Under the pieces are notes generated by a model. That model worked only from the letters and a program-made list of their open reading frames with translations, made no database searches and was not told the origin of the DNA. The position numbers and the translations under genes are program-made. A stretch of DNA of 32,000 nt from Desulfocapsa sulfexigens DSM 10523 (lineage in GTDB: Bacteria > Desulfobacterota > Desulfobulbia > Desulfobulbales > Desulfocapsaceae): positions 1,920,001 to 1,952,000 of the forward strand of contig NC_020304.1 in assembly GCF_000341395.1 (NCBI RefSeq), in the 5' to 3' direction. Positions 17,094-28,248 of this stretch are shown here, in pieces. Every line of letters starts with the position of its first letter. Within the stretch, counting starts at the first letter, position 1.

Positions 17094-18686
17094 GTGAAGA
17101 GGTTACTCTCGTTACTTTTATTATTCTTGTGCTGCTGCAGTTCAGATGAAGCTGGTAATGACTCCCCATCCACCAGTGTTTCTCGCGAGGTGGATCTTTT
17201 CCCATCAACGCTTGTGGAAAGTTCTGGACTTTATGAGCGAGTGCTCAATTCTAAAATGGAACCCTCCCAGATTCGTTTTATGGCCAAAGATGGTCATACA
17301 CTTACAGCTTATACATATCGCGCCACAGAATTCTCTGTCAGCGATGGACCAATAGTCTTTATTATACATGGTGCTTCTAGAAATGCGATTGATTACCTGC
17401 GTAGATTTATGCCAATTGCTGAACGATACGGAGCCCTCGCAATAGCACCCGAGTTTCCTGAATCGATCTACGGTCCAGGTTCTGATCGCTTCACTCTTGC
17501 CGTCGGGAGTAGAAAGCCGCCCTATACTCGTACCTACAAAGCCAGAGAGTGGCGCACGCGTGATGACTATCTTTACAGTGAGATTGAACATCTGTTTGAA
17601 GCTGTCAAACGGGAATTAAACAGCGGAGAGCCAACCTATCGTATCTGGGGACACAGCGCCGGTGGGCAATTTGTTCATCGTCTGGTGACTTTTCGTTCCG
17701 ATGCCAGGGTTGCTTCGGCGGTTGCGGTTAACGCCGGTTTCTACACTTTGCCGGCTTACGGCAGCGGTTCTGATCCCAATTTCTTTATGCCCTATGGACT
17801 TCAGGGCACTCCATTAAATGCTTACGATGTCAAGCGGTTGCTTGAGGCTCCACTGGTGGTGATGGTGGGTGAGTTAGACACAAAGACTGGTAAAGAATCC
17901 AGGACCGTTCGCGATTCAAGGTATGCTAATTTTCAGGGGTTTAATAGACGGCAGCGAGCAGAGTTTTATTTTCGAATGGGTGAAAGGGAAGCGCGCCGCC
18001 TTGGCCTCGATTTTGGGTGGCGCTTTGCTGTGGTACCTGGGGCTGGACACAACTCCCGCAAGGTTGGCCCTTCAGCGGCTTGGTTTTTGTTTAATCCACC
18101 CGATGCTATTCCCTGTGTATCTACCCCCGCTGAGAATGCCAGAGGTCTGGTGATTAACGAAATTTATGGCGACCCAGCTGGTGGTGTCGCTGGAGATGCA
18201 AATAATGATGGTTTACGTGATGCACAAGAGGATGAGTTTGTTGAATTGGTTAACACCTCTGATCACGATATTTGTCTGAGTGGGTGGTACCTTGGCGATG
18301 CGTCTACCCCTGCGCGCCACCGCTTCCCCGTTGGCAGCCTCTTGCCCAAAGGAAAGGCGTTGGTAGTGTTTGGCGGGGGGGTTCCAACCGGGAAGTTTGG
18401 TGATGCTGAAATACAGACAGCAGTGTCGGCCGGTGAGCTGAATTTGAATAACGCTGGCGACATTCTGTCGCTGTCGGACTCGCACGGAAATTCGTATCAA
18501 CAGCTTTCCTGGGGTGATTGTGGTGGCAAGCAGTGTGCAGGAGAATACCTCTCTCATGCTATCAATAGCAACCAGTCTCTCAGTCGCTGGCCAGATGTAA
18601 ATGGTCCTTTTGTGCCCCATGGTAACATTTCAGGCGGTGCATTGTACTCACCCGGAACGAAGGTAGATGGGACATCTTTTGACTGA
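17094..18686 (+). CDS. Secreted lipoprotein: alpha/beta hydrolase + lamin-tail domain (LTD)
   Basis: Lipobox-like LLLLFLCCCSS, VFIIHGASRN, GHSAGGQFVHR nucleophile elbow, PGAGHN; C-terminal LVINEIYGDP...EFVELVNTSDHDICLSGWYLGD. A GTG at 17094 is the likely start (ORF track 17064). Confidence 0.8.
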   Translation: MKRLLSLLLLFLCCCSSDEAGNDSPSTSVSREVDLFPSTLVESSGLYERVLNSKMEPSQIRFMAKDGHTLTAYTYRATEFSVSDGPIVFIIHGASRNAIDYLRRFMPIAERYGALAIAPEFPESIYGPGSDRFTLAVGSRKPPYTRTYKAREWRTRDDYLYSEIEHLFEAVKRELNSGEPTYRIWGHSAGGQFVHRLVTFRSDARVASAVAVNAGFYTLPAYGSGSDPNFFMPYGLQGTPLNAYDVKRLLEAPLVVMVGELDTKTGKESRTVRDSRYANFQGFNRRQRAEFYFRMGEREARRLGLDFGWRFAVVPGAGHNSRKVGPSAAWFLFNPPDAIPCVSTPAENARGLVINEIYGDPAGGVAGDANNDGLRDAQEDEFVELVNTSDHDICLSGWYLGDASTPARHRFPVGSLLPKGKALVVFGGGVPTGKFGDAEIQTAVSAGELNLNNAGDILSLSDSHGNSYQQLSWGDCGGKQCAGEYLSHAINSNQSLSRWPDVNGPFVPHGNISGGALYSPGTKVDGTSFD

Positions 18687-18823
18687 CCATCATCAACTAT
18701 AGCAGTTGACGGTATCGCCAAAAGATAAGGAGTAAGAAGCAGCATTTCTTTTTTAACGCTTCCGGGGGAATACAATTTAGCTTGAAACGCGTAATATACT
18801 GCCGTTGAGGTAATTGGGTAAAG

Positions 18824-19852
18824 ATGATTAGTGCAAGAGGAAATCGAACCAAAATAGCAGTGTTTAACGATGAAATTTATGATTCCAGTCTTGAGCACGA
18901 TCTGATAACAGAAGGTTTTTTTGCTGTGGCAATCAAGGATCCAAAACTTTCTGATATAAATGGACACCCTGATTTTATTTTGGCACCGGAATGGATTCGG
19001 TGGCTGATGCCAACACCAGAAACATCTGAGATGTGGATTACGAATCTTGGATCCAGCCATGATCGATACAAATTAAGGAAAAAACTGAAAACCAGTCATG
19101 CTCAAAGCGGTGACGTTCGTGTTGATATAGCTCCTTTGTCTGTGGATGATTATAAGATCTGGTATGAGAGTTTATACCTCCCTGAAATAGGAGAAAAAGC
19201 TGGAGCAATTTTGTTTTGGCCTGCGCCCGAATCCTTGTCAAAAAAAGTGAGAGTGAGACCATCAGGAGAGGTCGCTAATTATTTCAGGATTTTTATGTAT
19301 CATAAGGATGGGAGTTTCATTGGTGGCTCACTCTGGTTTATTTCTCATCCCCAAAGCATTTTGATTATTGCAGCTACAGCCTTTAAGCAGAAGGCCCGTG
19401 CAAAATACGAATTATCAATTCGTGGAATGGACGAGTCTCTAACTTTTGCCATCTCGCATGGCTTGAAGTGGATGAGTTACGGTACCGATCCGAACCTTTA
19501 TGGTGTCGATTTCAGTCTTGGTTTGCAAATGTTTAAAGCAAGCATCGGCATGAAACCCGTCTTTCCAAGATATGGATCCTTTCAGCTTATTAAAGTTATA
19601 GACAAAACCTTGAGCCGAATTGATTCTGCAAATAGCGAAAAGCCTTCTGTTCTCATTTTTGCAATTGGCGGAAATAATGTATCAGACAGAATTCTGAACT
19701 ATCAACACCTGCCACCACTGACCCCAAAGAGAAACTTTGATCTATTGTGGAATCGAGATTTTGGTCTAACGCCCGTTCGGTTTGTGGTCCATCCTCAAAC
19801 TCCCGCTGTTAAAGTTCCCAATGGGATGATTCTTCAGGATATTATTTTATAG
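18824..19852 (+). CDS. GNAT-like protein, copy 1 of tandem pair
   Basis: 342-aa ORF; GSFIGGSLWFIS...ALTFAI-type region and YGVDFSLGLQMFKASIGMKPVF resemble GNAT/FemAB-like C-termini; close paralog of the next ORF. Confidence 0.6.
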   Translation: MISARGNRTKIAVFNDEIYDSSLEHDLITEGFFAVAIKDPKLSDINGHPDFILAPEWIRWLMPTPETSEMWITNLGSSHDRYKLRKKLKTSHAQSGDVRVDIAPLSVDDYKIWYESLYLPEIGEKAGAILFWPAPESLSKKVRVRPSGEVANYFRIFMYHKDGSFIGGSLWFISHPQSILIIAATAFKQKARAKYELSIRGMDESLTFAISHGLKWMSYGTDPNLYGVDFSLGLQMFKASIGMKPVFPRYGSFQLIKVIDKTLSRIDSANSEKPSVLIFAIGGNNVSDRILNYQHLPPLTPKRNFDLLWNRDFGLTPVRFVVHPQTPAVKVPNGMILQDIIL

Positions 19853-19884
19853 ATGTTTACTGCTGTTGAGGTAATTGAATCAAG

Positions 19885-20913
19885 ATGATTATTGCAAGAG
19901 GAAACAGAACTAAAATAGCAGTGTTTCGCGATGAAAATTATGATTCCAACCTTGATCACAATTTGATAACAGATGGCTTTTTTGCTGTGGCAATCAAGGA
20001 TCCAAAACTTTCTGATATAAATGGACACCCGGATTTTATTTTGGCACCAGAATGGATTCGGTGGCTGATGCCAACACCAGAAACGTCTGAGATGTGGCTC
20101 ACGAGTCTTGGATCCAGCCACGATCGATACAAGTTAAGGAAAAAACTGAAAGCCAGTCATGCTCAAAGCAGTGACATTAGCGTCGAGATAGCTCCTTTAT
20201 CTGTAAATGATTACAAAATCTGGTATGAGAAGTTGTATCTCACTGAAATTGGGGGAAAAGAAGGTGCAATTCTGTTTTGGCCAAAGCCAGAAGCCTTATC
20301 AAAAAAAGTGACAGTGACACCATCAGGAGAGGTCGCTGATTTTTTTCGGATCTTTATGTATCACAAGGACGGAGGTTTTATTGGTGGAGCTCTTTGGTCT
20401 ATTTCTCATAGCGAAAACAGTTTGACTACAAGAGCTGCAGCTTTTGAGAAAAAGGCCCGCACAAAATACGAATTAGCGGTTCGCGGAATGGAAGAGGCTC
20501 TATCTTTTGCCATCTCACAAGGGTTGAAGTGGATGAGTTATGGTACCGATCCAAACCTCTATGGTGTCGATTTTAGTCTTGGTTTGCAAAGGTTTAAAGC
20601 AAGTATCGGCATGAAACCTGTCCTGGCCAGAGTCGGATCCATTCGGCTCATTAAGATCCTGAATAAAAATTTAAGCCAGATTCATGCGGTTGATGGGGAA
20701 AAGCCATCCACTCTCATATTTGCACTCGGTGGAAACGACGTGTCGAAGAGAATTATGGCCTATCACGATCTGCCACCACGAAAAAAAAGAAGAAACATGG
20801 ATCTTATGTGGAATCAGGATATTGGCCTGACTCCTGTCCGTTTTGTGGCCCATCCTCAAACTCCCGTTGTTAATGTGCCCAAAGGGATGATACTTCAGGA
20901 CATTCTCCTTTAG
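19885..20913 (+). CDS. GNAT-like protein, copy 2 of tandem pair
   Basis: 342-aa ORF collinear with 18824-19852 without gaps; same conserved motifs. Confidence 0.6.
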   Translation: MIIARGNRTKIAVFRDENYDSNLDHNLITDGFFAVAIKDPKLSDINGHPDFILAPEWIRWLMPTPETSEMWLTSLGSSHDRYKLRKKLKASHAQSSDISVEIAPLSVNDYKIWYEKLYLTEIGGKEGAILFWPKPEALSKKVTVTPSGEVADFFRIFMYHKDGGFIGGALWSISHSENSLTTRAAAFEKKARTKYELAVRGMEEALSFAISQGLKWMSYGTDPNLYGVDFSLGLQRFKASIGMKPVLARVGSIRLIKILNKNLSQIHAVDGEKPSTLIFALGGNDVSKRIMAYHDLPPRKKRRNMDLMWNQDIGLTPVRFVAHPQTPVVNVPKGMILQDILL

Positions 20914-21246
20914 ATGACACAGCATGGACAGTGTTAATGATCTCAATTCCTTTTTTGATAAAATGCAGCCCTGAATTGAAGATCTGATCTCCGGGCCAAC
21001 ACATGGAGAGATAAAAGGATTCCTGATTACCACTGATCCTCAGCTTACCCGCCTGAGGAGGAGTTGTTTCGTGTTGATTATATGGGCATCTGCGGCCTGG
21101 ACGGCCGCAGCAGAGCCCCCAGGGATGGGTTTATGGCGTCTCATATAATCGACACGGAACAGCTCCGGGTTGCAAAGCTGAGTTTCGATGGTACTCAGGA
21201 AAGGATTTATAATACTGAATTTAATAATAATGGCAGAGGATAATTA

Positions 21247-22164
21247 ATGGATCAGGAAAAGACAGGTGCTTTGAGTGGACTGAGACACTTTGGCCTGACT
21301 GACTTTCAGCTCTATAAGGAAGCATTAGCTCAAGTAAACAGAATTTGCTGGCATCAATACTTCCCCTACCTGTATTTTCGATATGGAGATTTACTGATTT
21401 CCGAGATAGATGGTTCTGTTTGTCTTTTTTACAAGCAGAATCGAGCGAACAGGGATCCAAAACTTTACTTATATTTTCTCCCTATGCCCATGAATGAGAA
21501 TGTTCTCAAACTTTGCCTGGAGAGAGTAAGAACATTTAATAATACGAAAAGGGCCGTAATTTATCGAGTGGATGAGCAAGATATCGAAAAACTTGAACAT
21601 CTGGGGACTGATGTGAAAACCTTCCCCTTGGAGCGGGAATACGTCTATGATCCTAAGAACTACCATTCTCTGTCAGGAACCAAAAAACATAAAATACGAC
21701 AAGACGTCGCGAGGATCAGGGGCATGGATGGTGTGGAAGTCAGGGCCTTTGAAGAAGGGGATGTCAAGGGCTGTATTGCTTTAATGGACGAATGGGCAGT
21801 TATACAACAGAACAAGTATGAAGGACGGGTTGCACCTCGAGGCTTTGCCCGAAGATGTGTACGCAACAGCACTCTTTTTGAAAAAAAGGATTTGTTTGGG
21901 CTGGTTGTTCTCATAGATGGAACAATTCGCTCTGTCGGGTTTGCTGGTGAAATCAGACCCGGACTGGCGAATCTGTTTATAACCTATTCCGACCACAGGT
22001 ATTACGGATTAAATAGATTTTTGTTTTATCATTTGATGTTACAACTGGATACTTATGAACTTGTGAATTATGCAGGTGCCTCGACCCCGGGCCTGGAATT
22101 TGCGAAAGAGTCGCTCCGCCCGGTTTTAAAACATGGTTCATATAGAGTTCATGTGATCAAATAG
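21247..22164 (+). CDS. DUF2156/LPG-synthase-C-like GNAT-fold protein
   Basis: LSGTKKHKIRQDVARI...CIALMDEWA...RSVGFAGEIRPGLANLFITYSDHRYYGLNRFLFYHLML...VNYAGASTPGLEFAKESLRP. Confidence 0.65.
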   Translation: MDQEKTGALSGLRHFGLTDFQLYKEALAQVNRICWHQYFPYLYFRYGDLLISEIDGSVCLFYKQNRANRDPKLYLYFLPMPMNENVLKLCLERVRTFNNTKRAVIYRVDEQDIEKLEHLGTDVKTFPLEREYVYDPKNYHSLSGTKKHKIRQDVARIRGMDGVEVRAFEEGDVKGCIALMDEWAVIQQNKYEGRVAPRGFARRCVRNSTLFEKKDLFGLVVLIDGTIRSVGFAGEIRPGLANLFITYSDHRYYGLNRFLFYHLMLQLDTYELVNYAGASTPGLEFAKESLRPVLKHGSYRVHVIK

Positions 22165-22217
22165 TTTTCTTACAAGGGGCTCCTTCAACAACCTGTTCTA
22201 ATGTGGCATGGTAACTT

Positions 22218-24875
22218 TTACAGAGGCAGTTTGATGTAAAATCGTGTTTCCTCATTGCTCTCTTCCTTGTCGCATTTGACGTCATTGGAGAAACGAACAG
22301 AATCAGAATAACGACAACTCAATAATGCGACCACTTCTTTAAACTCTCTCTCTGTTACAAAACGTGTTTGATAATCTGTTTTACGGTTATCTGTGACAAT
22401 TGGATATAAATGTAAACTTTTATGGAATGCTCCGGAGAGTGTGTCGACACGCAGCTTCGCTATAGCGCTGTAAGGAGGCGCATCGAGCTTGCCATATCGC
22501 CCCTTGGAATTAAACATAAAATTACCGATACTATAAATAAGCCACTGATTGTCATGCTTTTCAATCTCTTGTATCATATGTGCCCCATGCCCGAGAATCA
22601 GATCCGCCCCCTCTTTTAACATGCGCTCCGCCAGTCTTGCCTGGCGATCGCTACGCCATTTGTAATTTGGCCCCCAATGGGGGAACAATACAACAAAGGT
22701 ATTAGCATATTCTTTTCTGACACGCTTAATCTCATTGCGTACACGTTTAAACGAAATCGGGTTCAAACCCCGATCTTTTTCTGAGGCATACATTTTGAAT
22801 GAATCCTTCTTACGGGAGGGACCGGCATACATTGATATCATTGCCAATGTAAATACTTTTCCATCTATTTGACTCTGTGCAATAAATGCTTCACCGGCTT
22901 CGTCAATAGTTGCACCACCACCAAAATATGTAATTCCAGCTTCTTCCAAACTGTGTAATGTCTGGTAGAAACCTTCTTCCCCAAAATCAAACATATGATT
23001 ATTGGCGAGTCCTACCGTACTGATATTATTTGCAAGTAAATGACGAGGTGTTTGTTTTATATCCCCCCAGTGTACCCATGACTTTTGGCCTGCAAACGGA
23101 GAAACTTTCAAGTCGGTAAGAGGTGTTTCGAGATTTGCAACAACCAGATCGGCCTCTTCCAGCATATTCCGGACCTTGGCCAGCGGGGCATCGTACCCTC
23201 TTGCTTTAAGAATGTTTTCCTCCCCATAGCTTTCGTACTGAGCTTGATAATTTTCTCCAAAAGCTGTATCGCCTACAAAGACAACCTCAAACGCGGAAGG
23301 GGTATGCAATTCATTTATTGTCCGGAATGGGGGCGTTCTCTTCTTTTGTTGCTGTTTATATTGACTTTGTGAGCGTTTTTCCTGTGCTTCATTCATCACC
23401 AAACTTTTTTTCCTGATGTTTTTACCTGTCTTTTTAATGGCAGATAAAATCATCTCGAGATTGGCAGTGGAGCGCCTCGACCCCTTCACCCAGAGAATAT
23501 CGCTACCGTGCATTTCCTTCACTACCGCCTTAGCAATATGCTCAGGATCCTCACTGTGTTCTCCTTCCATCGTTTTAGGAAGAGCGTCCCACAAGCCCTC
23601 CAGATCACGGCCTACGGTGAACAACACATTGACCTGGGCATCTATGACATGCGGTGCTAAAGCCGCATGGAGCTGCGCTGAAGTATCGCCAAGCTCTTTT
23701 ATCTCACCCATGATGGCAATACGTCTACCGCCTTTACGTGGTTTTTTAAGTCCCAGTACTGCTAATCCTGCCTCTACAGAGGCAGGATTAGCACTGAAGG
23801 TGTCATCGATGAGTGTAATATCTCCACTGGCCAGCTCAACTGTATATTTTTCGTTATGACGGCTGAGAACGGGTGCCTTTTTAATATCTTCAGCAGCCTT
23901 TATCCAGTCTCCGCCGGCAGCATGAACGGCAGCCAAGGCACCGAGACAATTCATGATACTATGCGTACCGGGCTGGTTCACATGAAATGATATCTCTTGT
24001 TTATGGAAAATAACCCTTACATCACTTGACTCACTATGCAAAGAATAGTCGATTATTTTCATGTCGGCATCTTCATGTGTGCCGAAGGTGATAATGTTCT
24101 TGACGTTCGCGGCTTTTGCATTGGTCAACTGCCGATCAAACAACGTAGCATCATGGTTAAGCACGACAATGCCTTCCGGTTGTAAGGATTTGAATAGCAG
24201 GCACTTCTGGTCGGTTAACTTTTCCAAAGTCCCGTAAAATTGCAGATGATCAGAATGGATATTGGTGATCATGGCTATGTCTGGTCTGATAATGCTAGCC
24301 TTCTTCTCAGTCACATTTGGCAGATCAACGGAAAACTCATAGACACCAAAACGCATATCAGGTGGTGTCTCTGCGAGCATCAGCGGTACCCCCGGTCCGT
24401 GGTTGTAGTTCTTACGGCTTCCCTTTGTCGTACCCTGCTGACACAATAAGAAACGGGTAATCTCTTTTGTCGTTGATTTCCCGGCACTGCCTGTAATTGC
24501 TACGACCGTGCCACGTATCCTGTTACGTGCCGCCTCTCCCAGTGCGTCGAGCGCCTCCCTGGTATTTTTAACCAGAAGCACCGGGTTGTCGCTTCTGTAG
24601 TTTGCAGGTAATTGCCCCGCAACAACCACTGCCGCATGTTTATTGTCGAAAAATGTCTGAATGATTTCGTTGGTATTTTTATATGCAGATGAACGCCAAG
24701 TCTTCGGTTCCGTGGTAATTACCACATCCCCTGGCTCAACCTGTCCTGCATAATAGTTGACTCCTGTAACATGCAAGTCTTCGGGAACCTGTCCAACCCA
24801 TTGACCACCCATAATTGACTGCAGTTCCTGTGCGCTCCATAGTACTGACTTTGTTGCATCTGTGTCAGGTCGCAT
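22218..24875 (-). CDS. Fusion protein: MurF-like Mur ligase + CapA/PgsA-type metallophosphatase domain
   Basis: N-terminal VVAITGSAGKSTTKEI, MITNIHSDHLQFYGT, IDDTFSANPASVEAGL (Mur ligase). C-terminal VVFVGDTAFGE, DLVVANLETPLT, STVGLANNHMFDFG, VVLFPHWG, LILGHGAHMIQEIE, YSIGNFMFN (CapA). Confidence 0.9.
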   Translation of the reverse strand: MRPDTDATKSVLWSAQELQSIMGGQWVGQVPEDLHVTGVNYYAGQVEPGDVVITTEPKTWRSSAYKNTNEIIQTFFDNKHAAVVVAGQLPANYRSDNPVLLVKNTREALDALGEAARNRIRGTVVAITGSAGKSTTKEITRFLLCQQGTTKGSRKNYNHGPGVPLMLAETPPDMRFGVYEFSVDLPNVTEKKASIIRPDIAMITNIHSDHLQFYGTLEKLTDQKCLLFKSLQPEGIVVLNHDATLFDRQLTNAKAANVKNIITFGTHEDADMKIIDYSLHSESSDVRVIFHKQEISFHVNQPGTHSIMNCLGALAAVHAAGGDWIKAAEDIKKAPVLSRHNEKYTVELASGDITLIDDTFSANPASVEAGLAVLGLKKPRKGGRRIAIMGEIKELGDTSAQLHAALAPHVIDAQVNVLFTVGRDLEGLWDALPKTMEGEHSEDPEHIAKAVVKEMHGSDILWVKGSRRSTANLEMILSAIKKTGKNIRKKSLVMNEAQEKRSQSQYKQQQKKRTPPFRTINELHTPSAFEVVFVGDTAFGENYQAQYESYGEENILKARGYDAPLAKVRNMLEEADLVVANLETPLTDLKVSPFAGQKSWVHWGDIKQTPRHLLANNISTVGLANNHMFDFGEEGFYQTLHSLEEAGITYFGGGATIDEAGEAFIAQSQIDGKVFTLAMISMYAGPSRKKDSFKMYASEKDRGLNPISFKRVRNEIKRVRKEYANTFVVLFPHWGPNYKWRSDRQARLAERMLKEGADLILGHGAHMIQEIEKHDNQWLIYSIGNFMFNSKGRYGKLDAPPYSAIAKLRVDTLSGAFHKSLHLYPIVTDNRKTDYQTRFVTEREFKEVVALLSCRYSDSVRFSNDVKCDKEESNEETRFYIKLPL

Positions 24876-24937
24876 TAATCCGATCCTATTTTTTAGCGTT
24901 CGAAATCAATCAGTATTGTTTGATGAATTGACGAAAC

Positions 24938-25930
24938 TTACAACTCGAGACCAAGTCGAGAAAAATGTAAGAATGAGGAAATGTTGTGCTGAATATAATC
25001 AATTCTAACTTCATTCTTACGCCGATCATGGCCTCCCCTGACAAAAGAACCATCTGGGAGGCGGAAACCCAACTGTTTGTTTAGGTTGTATTTGATCTGT
25101 TCAATGCACCTTTCACATAACGTTTTATCATCGATAGTATCTGGTCGTTTCAGACGTAAAAAAGCCAGCAGACCTTCTGATCGGCAGGCTATCGGGGTAC
25201 TTCTTTCCCATGAGAGGTATTCGGGATTGTCGAGTATATGGAGTACTATTTTTTCGGCATGGTGATAGTAGAGAGAAGACACTTCATAATTTGACAGGAG
25301 CTCAAGAAAATAAAGCATCCAGTGAGATTGTTCTTTCACCCCATAATCCTCGGGCGCGAGTTCATTCTCAATTTTCCGCACGGCATCATACCAATACTTC
25401 TGTTGTGTTAGCCTGTATAGGGCCACCAGCGCAAATAGTGCTTCACCGGTATAATACATCGAGTGAAATTTGGATATTTTTCCTGACTTAAAATATCGTT
25501 TATGAACTAACCCGTTGTTCTCCATCCGTTGATCTACCATAAACTGTGCAAGTCGCTCAGCAATAGTCAAGAGGAAAGGATCCTGAGTTGTTTCGAATAA
25601 AGAGACCAGAGCCAGGGTGGAAAGGGCATTTCCCCCAAGCTTGATGGTATTGTTTTCACAGATACAAGCGTTGTTGTAGCTACGGTAAAATCTCAAATAG
25701 GTGTCAAGGAGATAATGTGTAGCTTGACGACAACAGTCTAAAATTTTTTTATCAGAAACATCACGATAAACGTCAAGCATTGCCCAGACAGCTCCTGCAT
25801 GACGGAGGACATTGTAACCTTTTAGAGGGCGGGCCTCCTGTGAATCATACCTGTATTTAAAGCTGCCATTTTTCTGAATCAAGTTTGCAAGGCATGCCGC
25901 TCCGGTATGTGCAATCTCAAGTGTATCCAT
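24938..25930 (-). CDS. Alpha/alpha-toroid protein of unknown function (glycosidase/cyclase-like fold)
   Basis: Repeated helical pattern with NVLRHAGAVWAMLDVYR, GGNALSTLALVSLFETT, YYTGEALFALVALYRLT, DYIQHNISSFLHFSRLG. Confidence 0.6.
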   Translation of the reverse strand: MDTLEIAHTGAACLANLIQKNGSFKYRYDSQEARPLKGYNVLRHAGAVWAMLDVYRDVSDKKILDCCRQATHYLLDTYLRFYRSYNNACICENNTIKLGGNALSTLALVSLFETTQDPFLLTIAERLAQFMVDQRMENNGLVHKRYFKSGKISKFHSMYYTGEALFALVALYRLTQQKYWYDAVRKIENELAPEDYGVKEQSHWMLYFLELLSNYEVSSLYYHHAEKIVLHILDNPEYLSWERSTPIACRSEGLLAFLRLKRPDTIDDKTLCERCIEQIKYNLNKQLGFRLPDGSFVRGGHDRRKNEVRIDYIQHNISSFLHFSRLGLEL

Positions 25931-26046
25931 TTGTGAAAGCCTTTTTATAGAAGAACGGTAAATAACTGCTTTACGGGCAACTGAAAAATGATTTTTTATC
26001 TAACGATTCCTTACTTAAACCTAAATACCTGCTGTGTTGCCGGGGG

Positions 26047-26259
26047 TTATTTTCTCGGTTCCATTAATGTGAGAATGACACTGGTCCGGTCTTCTGGGTT
26101 AGGCATACCTCCTGGGTTGAACCATCTGTCCAGCAACAGGTAAGGGCCTCTGTCTCCCTTTAGAATCGCTCCCACATTCTGCCACCTGGTCTTCTCGTTA
26201 CCTTCATGGTCTTCGTAAGTACCAAGCGGAATTGCAACATCATACATTTTCTTGGACAT
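26047..26259 (-). CDS. Small conserved hypothetical protein
   Basis: 70 aa, MSKKMYDVAIPLGTYEDHEGNEKTRWQNVGAILKGDRGPYLLLDRWFNPGGMPNPEDRTSVILTLMEPRK; compact domain-like composition. Confidence 0.7.
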   Translation of the reverse strand: MSKKMYDVAIPLGTYEDHEGNEKTRWQNVGAILKGDRGPYLLLDRWFNPGGMPNPEDRTSVILTLMEPRK

Positions 26260-26503
26260 TCCCGTATCTCCTTTGAGAATAGTGTTTGTTTAGACTGGAA
26301 GCTGTTGAGATTAAAAGCCTGTTACAGCTTAAACATACTTAAACCATCTCAAAAATAAGTTTTTTTATCAACCTTTTACGAAAAAAATATTTACTCAGTT
26401 GATAAATGCTGGACTCCCGTTTAGCCATGAGAATTACTCTGTCCTGAACGCATCATTTGCACAGCTTTCTTTTCGATATTCCATGAGGCTAATGTTGTGC
26501 CTC

Positions 26504-26548
26504 AAAAAAGAAAAAGCGTGGATAAGTTTTTTCAAGACTTACCCACGC
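26504..26548 (-). terminator. Intrinsic terminator of the adhesin gene
   Basis: On the minus strand GCGTGGGTAAG-loop-CTTATCCACGC (11 bp, one G-U) followed by TTTTTCTTTTTT. Confidence 0.8.
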
Positions 26549-26583
26549 CTCTGGGTCAAGCAAATGCAAACGGCGAGACTATA

Positions 26584-28248
<1,665 letters not shown>

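Larger units (their letters stand above)
18800..20913 (+). repeat. Tandem gene duplication (unit about 1061 bp)
   Basis: Start codons 1061 bp apart. Similarity extends upstream (tactgccgttgaggtaattgggtaaagatgatta vs tactgctgttgaggtaattgaatcaagatgatta) and through both ORFs. Confidence 0.9.

Noticed and set aside
18554-20121. Antisense paralogous ORFs (18554..19060 -, 19834..20121 -) with similar peptides MAGSKIRNPHLRCFWCWHQPPNPF / MAGSKTREPHLRRFWCWHQPPNPF
   Set aside because: Their similarity is a by-product of the tandem duplication of the sense-strand genes; the sense frames are full length and protein-like.
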